A DNA stretch of 64,000 nt from Oikopleura dioica (Eukaryota > Animalia > Chordata): contig OU015567.1 of the NCBI GenBank assembly GCA_907165135.1, positions 12,028,001 to 12,092,000 on the forward strand, given 5' to 3'. The notes below the pieces were generated by a model. It worked only from the letters and a program-made list of their open reading frames with translations, had not been told where the DNA came from and did no database searches. Of the stretch, positions 35,601-50,600 are shown one piece after another. Position 1 is the stretch's first letter. Each line of letters starts with the position of its first letter. The translations under genes were made by a program, and so were the position numbers.

Positions 35601-38600
35601 GCGATCTCACAGAGTTTGATTGCCTGGATGGATTCGTTTGCAATGGCATTGTTAACAACGAGTCCCCAAGAGGTGATAAGCAATGTACCCCAGGCCATTA
35701 TTGCGAAAAGGGTTTCGAATACGAATGCCCAAGTGGCACTTTCAGGTTGACTTCGGGATCAAGCTCCATAGATTATTGTGTCGAATGTACTCCTGGTTTT
35801 ATTTGCCCGAACGCTACTGTTTCTCCTACAATCAAATGTCCACCTGGATTTTTCTGTCCATTAGGTACAGGTGAAAATGAAGAGCAGCCGTGTACTCCTG
35901 GTCATTTTTGTCCTGAAGCATCTGATCGAGAAATTTTGTGTCCAAAAGGAACGCTTTGCAGTTTTGATGAGATGGCTGAGCCTGATGCATGCACTCCGGG
36001 AGACTTGTGTGATCAGTTAGGACAAACGACAAGAAAAGATTGCCCCGAAGGATACAAGTGTCCAGTGCCAGTATGTGCTTCAACCGACGCATTTGATCTT
36101 GAAAAATTTCATCAATACACAACTCTATATGCATGCGACGATGACATTGTTCCCGAGTTTAAGATTCCTTGTGGCAAAGGTTACTACAATGACCAGCTGA
36201 ACCAGGAAGATTGTAAGCTCTGTCCAGAAGGAAAATATTGTCCTTATATCAATACAATCACGCCTGAGGATTGCGTCGCTGGGTTTGACTGCGTTGGTGG
36301 CTGCAAAATGTCAACTCCTCGAACAGAGTCTATCGATTGTGTTAATCCACCGAATGCAACATCAACTGCTACTTTCAAGTACCTTTGCCCTAAAGGATAT
36401 TATTGTGAGCCCGGTCAACCAAAGAAACCTTGTCTTGCCGGCACGTACAACCCAATGGAAGGCGCTGTTAATTCGGACTGGTGCCTTACATGTCCCACTG
36501 GTTCGACCTGTGATGAAGCTACAGGAGAAGTACCAACCGATGGAACTGTCACGTGTGAAGATGGAAAGTACTGCACAGATGGCAAAATTGAAGATTGTCC
36601 AAAGGGCTTTTACTGTGACTACTCTACTAATCCCGGCAGATCCGAGCCATATCCATGCCCAGAAGGAACGTTCAATGATAAAACAGGACTATCGAAAGTT
36701 GAAGAATGCTCGGAGTGTACTGCAGGATACTATTGTGATAGACAAGCAATGACTCAAGCACCGGAAACACTCTCCTCGCCACCAAAATGTCAAGCTGGCT
36801 TCTATTGCCCAATCGGAAGTAAAAGCCGACAAGACACAATTTGTCCAGTGGGATCATTCTGTCAAGAAGAAGTTGGAGCCCCTTCTCCTTGTCCACCGCG
36901 AGAATACACATCAAGCAAAGGCCAAGAAGCTTGCAAAGGATGCCCAGAAAGATTCATATGCCCCGGTGGAACAGCTCCTATCCCATGCCCAGCTGGAGAG
37001 TACTGTGGAGCTGGAGTTTCATCTGGTGCAAAATGCCCCGCTGGCACTTGGTCAAACGTCGAGAAGCTCGCCAAAGAGAGCGAATGCATGGCTTGTCCGC
37101 CTGGTAAAATATGCAAAACTGAAGGAATCGACGACGAGAACAAGCTTGAAAATTGTCCGGCTGGCTATTGGTGTCAGCATTCAGTTCAAGTTGATCCTGC
37201 TGGGTCGAACTCAAATTGCAATAATGGCAAGTTTGGTAAGTGTGCTGCTGGTTTTATGTGTCCTGAAGGATCATCACGCCCCATTCCTTGCAGCGCTGGA
37301 ACTTATCAAGAGAATGAAGGCCAAGAAAGCTGTGAGCCATGTCCTGCTGGTGAGTTCTGCTTCGAAGGCGCTGCTGTACTCGAAACAAATACAAATTACA
37401 CACAAGTCAAACGCGGGAAGTGCCCCGTTGGCTATTACTGCCCTTCTGGAACAAAATCTCCATACGACTATCCTTGTCGAAAAGGTACCTATGCTGACCT
37501 TTCTTCTCCCCGCGAAGACGACAGCGCCTGTAAAATTTGTGATGCAGGAAGTTTCTGTGGCAAAGAAGGACTCGAACTGCCATCTGGCTTATGTACACCT
37601 GGGTTTTACTGTCCAGAAGGATCAACAGAAGCAACGGCCAAAAAGTGCGGAAGTGGAAACTACTGCCCTGAAGGATCTAAAGAACCATTACCCTGTCCAG
37701 CAGGAAAATATTGTCCTGGAGTTACTATGTCGGACATTCCGGATAACAATGTAAATGATCCGATTTGGGACTGCTGGCCAGGATACTATTGTTTGGCAGG
37801 ATCAAAAACACCAAATCCTTCCACTGGAAAATGCAAAAAAGGCTTTTATTGTCCCGCTGGTAATGACGCTCCGAAACCATGTGATGCTGGCACTTACCTG
37901 GATTTTGACCTTGCATTCAGCTCAGCGCACTGTAAACCTTGCAAACCAGGTTATTTGTGTAGCGAAGCTGGTCTTTCGCAGCCATATGATGAGTGTAGCG
38001 AAGGCTTTTATTGTGTCGACAATATAGAGATAGAGTGTGAGGCTGGATATTATTGTCCGAAGAATTCCGGATTCCCGCGATTGTGCGAGTCTGGAACATA
38101 TTCAGCCCGTGCCGCAAGTTCTTGCAAAGCATGTGATGCTGGCAAGTACTGTGATCCGTTTGAAACAGGAGTAGTTGTGCCTGTGAGTTCGCCAAAAGAA
38201 TGTCCTCCAGGATACTATTGCCCGTCTGGAACAAAGTTCATGTATGAGTATCCATGCCCAGCTGGAAAAATTCGCAAAACAGAAGGTGCCGCTAGCGAAA
38301 ATGACTGTGATCCGTGCCCAGCAGGATCTTACTGCAAAGACCGAGGTCTTTCTGCGCCAACAGGAGACTGCTATAAAGGTTACGAGTGTCCTCAAGGTCA
38401 AATTCGTCCCAATCCTTCCGACCATAAATGTCCGGCCGGTCATTATTGTGGCAGAGAAGGTTGTGGAGATGGTATTGGAACGCCATGCCCTGTTCCATGC
38501 CCAGCTAATACTTACAATGATATGCCTGGCGCAACCATGCTTGAAAGTTGTCAACCTTGCACAAAAGCATGTAGTGGAACTGGTAATATTCAAGACGGTG

Positions 38601-41600
38601 ATGCGTGTGCAGCAGGACAAGATTGTGAGTTTGATCCTCCAGTTCCCTGTCCAAAGGGCTATTACTGTCCTGAAAACGAAACTTACAAAGTTGAATGCCC
38701 ACCTGGAACATTTAGAAACGAGGTAGGTGGCAAAGAGTTGAGCGACTGCACGAACTGCACAGCAGGGACTTACTGCCCAGACAGTGCTATGGAAAATGTT
38801 CTTACCGAGTTCTGTGATGATGGGTATGACTGTCAAACTGGTGCTGAAGTACCAAAACCATCGACTATGGTCTGTCCGATTGGTGTTTATTGCGAAGGTA
38901 TCGGAAAAGCTGCTCTTTGTACAAATGGCGAGACAACAGTATTCACGGGCGCTGATAAGTGCCATACTTGCCCGAAAGGCTACGATTGTGTTTCCGGCAG
39001 TGAGCCTGTTATTTGTCCAATTGGTTTTTACTGCGAAACTGGAACTCCTGCAGAATGTCCATCTGGCACGGTTGGCAAAATTGTTGGGCTTACTAATCAG
39101 TCTGAATGCTCTCCATGTCCATCAGGCAAAGTTTGCCCAGGAGGTTCGATTGAAAATGAGTGTCCTGCTGGAAAGTATTGTCGAGAAAACGCATCCGAAC
39201 CAGCAACAAATATTGAAGAATGTCCTGCTGGATATGAGTGTCCCCTTGGGACGGGCGAACCTAAGCCCTGCTCTGCTGGATTTTTCTCAGAAGGAAGCGC
39301 AACATCTTGTACAATTTGCCCCGAAAAATTTTACTGCGAAGGACCAAAGGATAAGCAACCGTGCCCACTGGGCTATGTTTGCCCAGAAGGTACAGAATTT
39401 GGAAGACAATTTGCGTGCCCGAAAGGATCTTATTCTGATGAGATTATTTCTGATATTGCGGATTGTATTGCATGCGACGAATTCCATTATTGCGAGTTCC
39501 CGGGCCAAGATAAACCAACAGGTAGATGCGATGATGGATACCGCTGCGAATCCGGTGAGTCTTCTCCAACACCAGAAGACAAATTATGCTTGCCTGGTCA
39601 TTATTGCGAAGCAGGCGAACAATTACGTTGCAAAGCTGGATTCTTCTGTCCCCGAGAAGGCATGACTCCAGCAGATCTTGTCGTTCCCGCTGATGACAAT
39701 GCGGTTACTCCGAATTTCCAATGCAATGAAGGATATTACTGTGATGAAGGCACTCGCGTTGGTAATCCAGGCTTGATCAGTAGTGACGAGCGATGCGCAT
39801 CTGGTGAGGACTGTGGTGGTCCTTGTGAGCCTGGCCATTACTGTCCAAGAGGAACGGAAAAAGCGACTATGCAAAAATGCAAAAAAGGAACTTACTACTC
39901 CAAAGTGGGAGCAAGAAATGAGCAAGATTGTATCCCCTGTTTGGCTGGCTACACATGTGATACTGATGGACTTGCTGATCCAACGCTGTCTTCTCAATGT
40001 GAGCCGGGCTTCTATTGCCCTGGTGGCAATCGCGATTTCTCAACGATACAAGTTCCATGCAAAGAAGGCCACAAATGCCCTGGCGATGGAAATATTGCTC
40101 CAATTGCCTGCGAAGCTGGATATTATCAAATGGACCAGGAACAAGATTCATGTGATCAATGTGACCCCGGCTATTACTGTCCAGTTAAGAGTGTCTCACC
40201 TCAAGAAGAGGAGTGTCCTGATGGATTCTATTGTCCGGCAGGTACTCAACACGGTGAGATGAATCCATGTCCTATCGGAACTATCGGCGCTGGTACCAAG
40301 TTAGAAACAATAACAGACTGCGCCCCTTGTCCAGCAGGTAAAGCTTGTCCCTTTCAAGGATATCCTTCCACGAATAGCGACTCGTTACCATTATGTGCAC
40401 CTGGTATTGTTTGCCCTCTCGGTGGCAATGCAACTCACATTCTCGATGGCGAAAAATGCGAAGTCGGTCATTATTGTGAAGCCGGTACAGAATCACATTC
40501 GAATGGTACTGGTTCGAAACTTCCAATCGAATGTCCGACTGGTACTTATAATGACGTCGAGGGTGCTCAGCTCGAGAGACACTGCAAATTCTGCAAAGCT
40601 GGCTCGTACTGTGATAGCCCCGGAGCAACGCAAGCTTCGAAATTATGCAAACCTGGATTCTACTGTCCCATGGGAAGTACTCAGATAGACCAGATTCCCT
40701 GTCCGGAAGGACATTATTGCGAAGGTGATGGAAATGCATTCCCAGAACCGTGTCCGACTCGAACTTTCCAGACGAAAAAAGAATCAGTGAAATGTGACGA
40801 TTGTACAGAAGGCTTTTACTGTAACGATAAAGGTCTAATTAATGTCGAAGGCGTATGTAAAGCAGGTTATTATTGTCCGACGGGTTCTAAATATCCAACT
40901 GAAAAGAAGTGTCCTGCTGGAGCCCATTGTCCTGCTGGATCGAGCAACTATACTTTGTGCGATCCTGGATCATATGCTCCTGTCGAAGGAATGGATGCAT
41001 GTATCGGTTGCCCTCCTGGATTTATTTGCGACCCGAAAGACGTTGTTCTAAATTTTACCGACTGGAGACATGCAATTACTCACACGACGTGTATTCTTGG
41101 CCATTATTGCCAAGCAAACACAACGAATGAAGCCGACGCTATTCGTTGCCCAGACGGAACATACTCAGAGCCATCATTCCTTCAGCCACCAGATTTAGCG
41201 AGCTCTTATGAAAAGCAAGTAGGTCTCAAATCTATTGATGAGTGCACTCCTTGTCCAGCAGGATTCTGGTGCGATGGCGTAATCAAAACCGAGTGCAACT
41301 CAATTGGCGATTACTGCCAGTTTGGCGCCAGGACAAATCAACCAACAGGACTGAATAATACCTGTGGTCCAGACGGAGGACCTCCAGAGATCGGTGGGCC
41401 TTGTACTGTTGGTAATAGTTGCGAATCAAATAAAACTCCTTACTCGTGCGAACCTGGATTCTACCAAGACGAAGAGAGGCAAGAAAAATGCAAAGCCTGC
41501 CCAGATGGAAATTACTGTCCTGCTGAATCAATAAATCCGATTCCATGTGAAAGCGGTTATAGCTGTGAGAATGACAAAAGATACCCTTATTTGGATCCGT

Positions 41601-44600
41601 GTCCCGCTGGTACATTCGATGATGAGATCAATCAGCAGTGCCAGATTTGCCCAGAAGGAAAATATTGTGATCAACGGGGTTTGAATCAAACACAAATTGA
41701 TTCGATGGATTGTTTGGTAGGCTTTTTCTGTGGAGGAGAAAGTGAAGATCGTAATCCGTACGTAGAAGGAAGGACAAAAGACACGCCTTCCCGCAACGCA
41801 CAGTGCGTTCCCGGTGAGTTCTGTCCTAATATTGGCCTCGGCTCGCCCGAAGCTTGTCCAGAAGGAGAATACTGTGAAACTGACTTCCTTAATGCGACTT
41901 CCGGAGAGTGTGCTCAAGGATTCGCCTGCCCTAATGAAGGAACTGAGTTTATTGATGGTGATCATGATGTTGACTCAGTAGTCGGAAATCCCTGCGGTCC
42001 TGGAGTATTCTGCACAAACGGCACTGATGATGATGGTTCGCCCTGTCCAGAAACAACATACAATAATGGTTATGGTCTCAGAGAAGAGAAAGAATGCACT
42101 CCTTGCTTAGAAGGTTTTATGTGCGAACCAGAAGGACTTGATTACCCGACCACCCCATGCGCAGACGGACAGTTTTGTGTCAATGGAACTGTTAATTCCT
42201 GTCCAGAAGGCTATGCCTGTAATTCCACGTCACCTTTCCCCCTTCCGTGCTATGGCGCTTACTCTTCGGAAAATTCAGATCCCTCTCAATGCGGCCCTTG
42301 TAACAGCGGAGAGACATGTATGATAACGAGTTCAGAGCATGGAATCAATCTTACTTGCGCGGATTTCCCTACTTCCCTAGACGAGCCCGATTTTGAGCCG
42401 TGCTTATTGCATGATATCTCAGATTATGAGGATGAAGGTTTTGGAGTAAGCAATGGACAACCTTGCCCAAAGGGCAGTTTCTGTGAAAGAGGAAAAATTC
42501 CAACATATTGTCCACCAGGAACGTATAATGATGTGACTGGAGGATCAAGTCGTGGAGACTGCAAGCCAACAGATGAGTATCATTTCAGTCAAACACCAGG
42601 TTCTGAAATATCGACTGGAGATGGTGTTTGTGCTGACGGTTTCTATTGTGTCGAAGGATCGAGCGACAGAACGCCTCAAGACCCGAAAGAAGGCAACGGC
42701 GGTCCATGCACTCCAGGATTTTACTGTAATAGTGGAATCAGAACGGAGTGTCCTGCAGGTACATACACGAACTCCGCAGGAGCAATTCTTGAATCCGATT
42801 GCTATCCATGTGATATTGGACACTTCTGTAAAAATGGTGCTATCACTCCCTGTGATGACGGTAAAAAATGTTTCACTGGAATAGAATCGGACACAAGAGA
42901 CTGTATAGAGGGACGGTGTGAAGCGCCTGATAAAGACTTCGGCCCTGTGATAAATGTACCCTGTAATGCCGGTGAGTACTGGAAAGATGACTCTTGTCAA
43001 ATATGTCCTGCTGGAAGTTACTGCAACCTCGATAGATCAAGTGTTGCGACAACTGAACCCTGTCTTCCAGGCTCTGCTTGCCCAGAAGGAACCGCTTTTG
43101 AACATACTGTCAACGCTTGTAAAATTGGTCAATACTCTCAATCTGGCGATGAAGGACTAGAGGTACTCGACTGCGTCCCCTGTGATCCTGGTCATGCTTG
43201 CACCGAACCTAAGCAACCAGAGCTCGGACCAGAGTGCCTTGCTGGATTCTATTGTAATGAAGGGAGCAAAGAACTTGCTCCATATGAATCGCAATGTGAG
43301 ACTGGTCACTATTGCGCTGACGAAGGCATGACTGCGTTTGACGATCCTATCAAAAAGCAATGTCCACCTGGAACCTTCAATAACATCAAGGGTGCAAGCA
43401 GCTTGGACGAATGTCTTCCATGTCCACCAGGCTATGTGTGCGAGAGTTCCGGAATCGATGAACTCTCATTTGATATGCGATGCCCTGAAGGATTTTATTG
43501 TCCTGAATACGGTACACAGAGTGCGGCTGACGCTATCAAATGTCCCATCGGCTATTTCTGTCCCACTGGCTCATCTACTCCACGACCGTGTGAACCAGGT
43601 ACTTTTGGAACTGAAAGAGGTGCGATAGATAAATGCGTGGACTGTGAGGCAGGTTATTACTGCAATGGAACAAATTACGATCCCGGTTTCAACGATCTCA
43701 CCAGGGACGAGCAGCTCAATGAATGCCCATTATATCACTATTGTGAGAAAAAATCTGCTTACCCAACCACATGCAAAGCTGGAACATATAATCACGATAA
43801 GACAGGACTTAAAGAATCTGAGGAGTGCGATGATTGCCCACCAGGTGTTTTCTGCACTGCTGGCCGAATTGCGGATGAATGTCTGGCAGGATATGTTTGC
43901 AAAGGAAAGGCATCAAATGCACAATTCGAACCTTGTAAAAATGGCTTTTATTGTCCCGCGGGCTCCAAAGAACACCTCAAATGCCCAACTGGCTTGATGA
44001 TAGTCGGCGCCGGTAAATCCATCAATGAGTGCGACTTGTGCCCAGGAGGTAGTTATTGCGATGAAGCAGAAACTCCAACGGTAGCAAAACCTTGTAACCC
44101 TGGACATTACTGTCTTTATGGAAGAGACGACTCGGATGAACAAGAAGAATGTCCACTCGGAACTTATAATCCTTTCCCCGGAGGTGTTGATTTGAGCTCT
44201 TGTTTGAGTTGTCCTCCTGGTAGTTACTGTAATGAGACCGGAATTGGAAACATCAATCAGCAGAAATTCGCTTGTCCCGAAGGCTTTTTTTGCCCTGGCG
44301 GCCAAGGTGGTCAGCCATATCCAAACGATACAGACACTTTGAATGAGCCGATTCCGTGTCCTCTAGGAACATATGGACCACTTCTCAGTTTAAGAGGCCT
44401 CGAAGCGCAGGATGACTGTGAACCTTGCCCGAAAGGATTTTATTGTCCCGAACCAGGAATGAGTGACCCATCAGAAGAGGCTGAAGTGCAGGAATTCAAG
44501 TGCCAGCCTGGAACATACTGTCCAGAAGGCTCGAGTCAAAACTACACATGCCCAGCAGGATTTTTCTGCGAGAATGCAAGTGAAAAGGTCGCATGTCCAG

Positions 44601-47600
44601 CTGGGACTTATTGTCCACCAGAAAGACCTGAAACAGAAGGAAACGATACAACTCGACCTGAATTTGGGAATGAAGAGCCCTATGATTGCCCGATTGGAAG
44701 CTACTGTCCAATTAGCGTATATCCTGATCCTGATAATCCAGACAAGAACATAACTATCGGATGCATGCGACCCATTCGCTGTCAAAATGGATATGCCGGT
44801 GCGATTGAGCCTGATAAAAAAACTGAAGAAGGCAGCTGCACCATTTGTCCTCCTGGAACTAACAGCGTACCGGATCGATCTGGATGTGAGGTTTGCAGAG
44901 CTGGAACAATTTGTCAAGAAGGCGCCACAACTGACTCTCCTCTACCTAAAAACATCACTCTTGAGGAAAGCAAGGCATATCTCTGCCCTCCTGGGTACTA
45001 TTGTCCAGAAGGCGCTATTATCCCGATCGGTTGCCCTCCAGGAACATATGGAAAGGTTGAAGGGTTGACAGACGCTATTTCGTGCAGCGACTGTCCAGAA
45101 AATTATTTCACGCATCTTTCTGGCCAACAAGCTTGTCTTTCATGTGGTGGTCAGGCTAGACAACCTACTCCGGGGTCGTCTTCATGTCTGTGCCAAGGTT
45201 CTGGACGCGAGTTCCAACCTTCAGATCGACAGTGTGTCTGCAAAGTTGGCTACGCTGAGAGAATAATCAACCAACGTAAAGAATGCATCCGGCAAGTTTA
45301 CGACATTTGTAGACCAGGCACTTATCGAGCACCAGAAGGCGACTGTAAGACAAAACTGGAATTTGACGAGTACTGTACCAACATGTGCTCTCCACGAGGT
45401 TATAATAATGATACCTTCGATAAAGAGCTTGGAATTTGCAATTGTGCTGATCAACGAGATTTGGAAGAAATTTGTAATTATCAATGCAGAAGCAAGCTTA
45501 ACCAGGTTGAAACTAGTCCGATCGTCTTCAAGTGCTCTAACGGAACATCAAAAATCATGGCTAGAGTCGATGGCCAAGATGATCCTCTAGAATTCGATTT
45601 ATCAGACACAAGCTTGAATATAATCAATTCGGACAGCACTTTAGATCGAACAGTATGTGAAGTTGACGACGTCGAGCAAGTAATTTTCTTTATGTCACTC
45701 ACACCTCCGATTGGCGGAAAAAGACTCGTTACAGGATCATATGAAGAAGACGCAGGCATCTTAGTTGATATTCTCGATCCAAATAGAACGAAAAGATCTC
45801 GCCGGCAAAGTCAAACTCCTGATAACGGAATCGATAATCCTATTATTTGTCTAGAACAGGGCCAGATGATCTTCTTCGAGGTAGATACTGACAGTTACCC
45901 AGTTTACGACGAAACATCTCTTCTCAACACCAACGAGGACTTCGATTTCGGCGGTTTTAGACTTGCAAGCGAAATGCTCTCTATAATGGACAGTGTTGCT
46001 CGCGTTTTTGCGTTTAGATTCGATAATCCAGGAACTTATGTGTTCTACATCGCCCAACCTTGTAACGATCCTGGTGGAGAATGCGAAGTTGACAAGACGC
46101 AAGTGTTTTACATTACAGTTAATTCCGACAGAACATCGTGCCCCCAGATCGGTCCTTTCTTCCCTGCCACTTCGAGATATGGAACTCTCATTGGCGCTAG
46201 ATTTGCTGATGACATTTACATCGCGCCTGATTGGCTTTACATCTCTGTCCTCATCATTATCGGATCGGCTATTCTTGGGTGCTTGGTCTGGCTACTGTAT
46301 CTCTTCAGAAAGTATGGATGGACAAAGTGGGTCATGGAAACAACATTCTACCGATGGGTTAACTCTCTTTTGGATATCGATCAATTCGTCTCCAAAGGAT
46401 CTGCTCGAAATGACAAAGAATTCGTCGATGACATTAAAGAAGACGAAGATGAGATCGAGGCATTCGATTCAAATCGTTTCTTCGATTACGGAAGAGTTTT
46501 ACACCTTGAAGATTTCGACACTCAAAAGTTTACCGTCTGCTTTTGGAACAAAGCACTGGACTTATTTCTGGTTTAAACAATCAAAAATCGGAAGCAAAGG
46601 GAATGCTAGAAAAATTTAAAGAAGATGTGAAAGACCTGAAAACTGACTGGATCGAAACTCTTGATCTCGACCCTGAAGATTTCTTCTCGGAGGAGGAGAA
46701 GGTCGCATACTTTAGTAAAAAGAAAGAACTTGATAATGAGATTTTGAGAAGGAAGAATCTTGCTGCTTCTTATGGAAAGATCTACAACGAGGTCGCGAAT
46801 CTTTTCGAAAACAAATTTGAGGAAATTAAATCGTCTTCTTTGCGCATCCAGAATCTTCTTCACCAGACACTTCGAAGTCTTTCATCCATCAACGACAATT
46901 TGAGCGTCGCGGACCGTCCAGGAGTCAGCGATCTTCTATTGCATCATCGAAATGTTGCGATTGACAACACTGATCAAATGTACCAAGCACTCGATCAAAT
47001 TATTTCTGCCATGTCAAATCAATGTCTGCTGAACGGATCATCGGGCTATAAGATCGGAATAACAGCTGGTGGCTTTTCGCCATTCTCCACTAATACACGC
47101 GAAGCCAAAACAGAAGATATAGTCGATGCAACTGGAGAAATAATTCATCCTGATTTACAGCTCGATGAAGCTACAGGTCTGATTCTCCTAAAATCTGAAG
47201 CCAAGATACTTGAGAACGGGGAATTCATTCCCTGCTACGAGGACATGTTCTTCCATCCACAAACACTGGAAGCGCATAAAATCGCGGGAAATATTTTATA
47301 TGACGCCGCTACTGGACGAATTTCCATTGCAGTAGATTCTGCCATTGCTGCATCAGACGAGTCAGAGTCACTCATCCCCCTTCTTCCTTATCCTCGTGAT
47401 CACCTTGGAAATCCCCTTGAAATTGAATACTTAGATGCACCAAATCCAATGAAGCTCAAGTATGGAACAAGACTAGTGGAAAAATCTAGTGGCCTTGCCG
47501 TGCCAGTCCTCGCAATCACAGTTCACCCGAAAACAGGTCTCGTACATGCTCTTGGAGCAAGCGCACTATCCAACGTCACGAGTCTGAAAACACCTATCGA

Positions 47601-50600
47601 ACGATACTTGGTATTCGATGATGAAGACGGAACATCCAAAATGGTTAATGGGTTGAAATTCGATGCCGATGGCAAGATCGTCCCTTCTTTCTTCTCGTCA
47701 ATTTCCGTGACCCTTGAAGGAGGATTAAACAAAACTCCAGAATTTGTGCACGAGTTAGCGCTATCTAATGGATCTTATTGGGGACAACTCGAAGCTACAA
47801 AAGCAGCTTGTCTTGCGCGAGTTCTAGATTCTCTTGATGACTTGACTGAAAACTTGTCAACGACCCTGAACGATCCAGCAAGTGCGAGTGCATCAGCTCT
47901 CGAGCACTTCTCAAAACAACTCACTGTTGCCGTCAAACATCTGAATCTGTCAACGGATAAGCTAGTACAGGAAACATTCAAGCGTGTTCTAAATGTTACT
48001 CAACTAAAAGAAAAGATCACATCGGTTGAAGGAAACGGAGGAGTGTGCGGATTGTACGAGTTCGACTCTGGTAACATGTTCTTGCCAATTCTTATCGGCG
48101 AAAAAGTTCAAGACACAAAAGACGAGTCAGTTGCTATGCCAATTTTGGATGTCGAAATCGCCGATGATGGAAATCTCCTCCCAGTCTTCGGAACAACAAC
48201 TGATCCATTCTCTGGAGAAAATATAGCAATCGAGCTTGGAGATGAGACTGTTGATGCGACCACTGCGGAGCAAGGTCGAATCGTAGGAGCATCTCGAGAC
48301 AAAAAGACAAATACCATCTGTCCAACAGTTCAAGTTGGCAGTGCTCTTAACCCAGCCAAACCTCCCTTCGGTTCAGTTTCTGAGCTCCAGAACCATATCA
48401 CAACTGTTAATTCCGCAATCGAGAAGCTTGTTAAAGCAAGTGAAACTGTTAGCTCGACGATATTCCAAGAAACAGAGTCGAAAATGACCATTAACGAGGG
48501 CTTGGCGGAGATCAAATCTGTATTGGAGGAAATGATTAGTGCCGCGGAAGATGTTCAAGGCTCAATGGAGATTGACATCGTATCCACTCTTGGAAAATTG
48601 ATGTCTAATGACGTTCTCTACTATTTGGATCAAAACCCGACGGATGTATCGAACCACGCTAAAGATCTTTCAGCACTGGCCGGGGAAATGAAACAGACCA
48701 TGAACAAATTTAAAACCCGATCGCAAGCTAACTTAGTTCGAAACTCTTTGTCAACATCATTGGGAAAATTCCGTTTCGAAATGATGAAGCTAAACCAGTC
48801 GCAAGTACTAATTCGACAGCAGCAGATTCTTGCAGAAAGTCGCCTTGTGACTGACTTTGGAACTCGAGCAGAAAGCAACATGTACTATCATGGTCTTTTT
48901 GTGAATGTTCACGTGAGCACTCGTGACGAGATGCTTCCTGTTCTGAAGAAGCTGGCAGAATATCTTGAAAAGGGACTGAGCATGTATCTGACGCCCGAAA
49001 TGGTTGAATATCTGGAATCTGCCTGCGCAAAACTCAAATCTCGCGAAGTGGATGAAGTTATAACCAACATAAAAGAAAAAGTAGAAGAAATTCATTTCAC
49101 CACCGACGCCCAACCAGCTGCCATGACCAGTAACGATGAAAATGAGCGGGATGAAAAGGCAATTCTGATTCATGAGGGTAATCAACAGAAAATGCGAATT
49201 GAAAACGCAGAGAGGTATCGTGAAGCCATCGAGAAGCTTGAGTCTGAGCGAGAGGCCTTCATTGACGAGAACATTCTTGAAGTCCAGACGATCAGCAAAA
49301 ACGACGAGGAGTTCAACGCTCAAGCGGATCACTTCTCAGCTACTCTAGCCAAGATCGACGATGATCTACAATGGAACAACAGGCTTCTCGCTGAAGAGAC
49401 TGCTCGAAACACCAAGCGCTCTTCTGACCAGGCCCGACCAGATGGAGCGGAAATTTACCTAGAGGATGATCTCAAGGCAGATTTGAGCGAAATCGAAGCA
49501 CTTGAACGAAAAATGCTGGATGAAATCGATGGTTTTGAGGATTATGTCGAAGAAGCGAATGAAGACCTCGCTGATAAACTGAAAGGACTCAACTTTGAGT
49601 TTTCTTCAAAACAAGGCGACGAAGTCGACAATATCATCAATGAGTGCTCTGAAAAGATTCGAAAACGAAAGGGTCGACGAGCTCCTCGTGCTCTTTTGGA
49701 AACAGAACATGATCTTACTGTAATGTACGAGCAACTAAAAAAGGCGGCCGAAAACGATCCCGAGGCTCAACGTCTTCTTAGCGAGTTAGATGTCGTGTTC
49801 GACGCACACATTCTTGCTCGAAACGAGGCAAAGAGAAAACACAAAGATCGACTTGAAGCTCTTGCCCGGCAACGAGCTGCTCGTATGGCCGCAGCTAGAA
49901 AGCCAGAAGCGCTTACCAATGACATCAACGGTGAGGTGGAAGAAGTAAACAAGTCTTCTACTGTCAGTGCTGAAGAGGCGAAAATCCAAGAGCTCGAAAA
50001 CGAATTCAATGAAAAAATCAACGAGATCAACAAATCTTGTCACAAGGACTCTGATGAGCTCGACGAGCAACTTCGAAATAGAAATTTGGCTGATGATATG
50101 ATCAAGGTAATCATTTTTCCCATAGACAGTCGTAAATTTTACTCGTAGCTCCTATAATAAAAGCCAATGACTATAAAATTAAAAATGATAAACTCGATTT
50201 TAGGATCTGAAAATCCGAATGGCAAAGGTAGAAAAGAACCGGCAGCGACAAATCAAGGCAGCGATTGCGTTGCGCACAGCGAAACTTCAAGCGGCTAAAC
50301 GACGAAAAGCAACAGCCGAAGCCTCTGAAGTGATGCAATCCATGGCAAACATTTCAGATCTTGGCGATGTCACCGAAGAAGACATTCGAAACCAGATCCT
50401 CGAAGAAGTGACAAACGGTAAAGATGCGAATCAGGCCGTCAAAGACGTTCTCCAAGCACGTCATCGACAGGAAATTCTTGATATGTCTCGCAGACATCAG
50501 TGTGAAATCGAAGCGGCAAAGAAAGTGGCGTTGAACGAAGCACGTGATGCAAGATACCTGGATCGCAACGCAATTGTGGAGCAGTTCGACCGGGACGTGT

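Noticed and set aside
46543-50148. 1201-aa ORF as a separate gene
   Set aside because: TTG start with no promoter space; it joins the upstream ORF by a 1-nt correction and the downstream exons by GT-AG introns.
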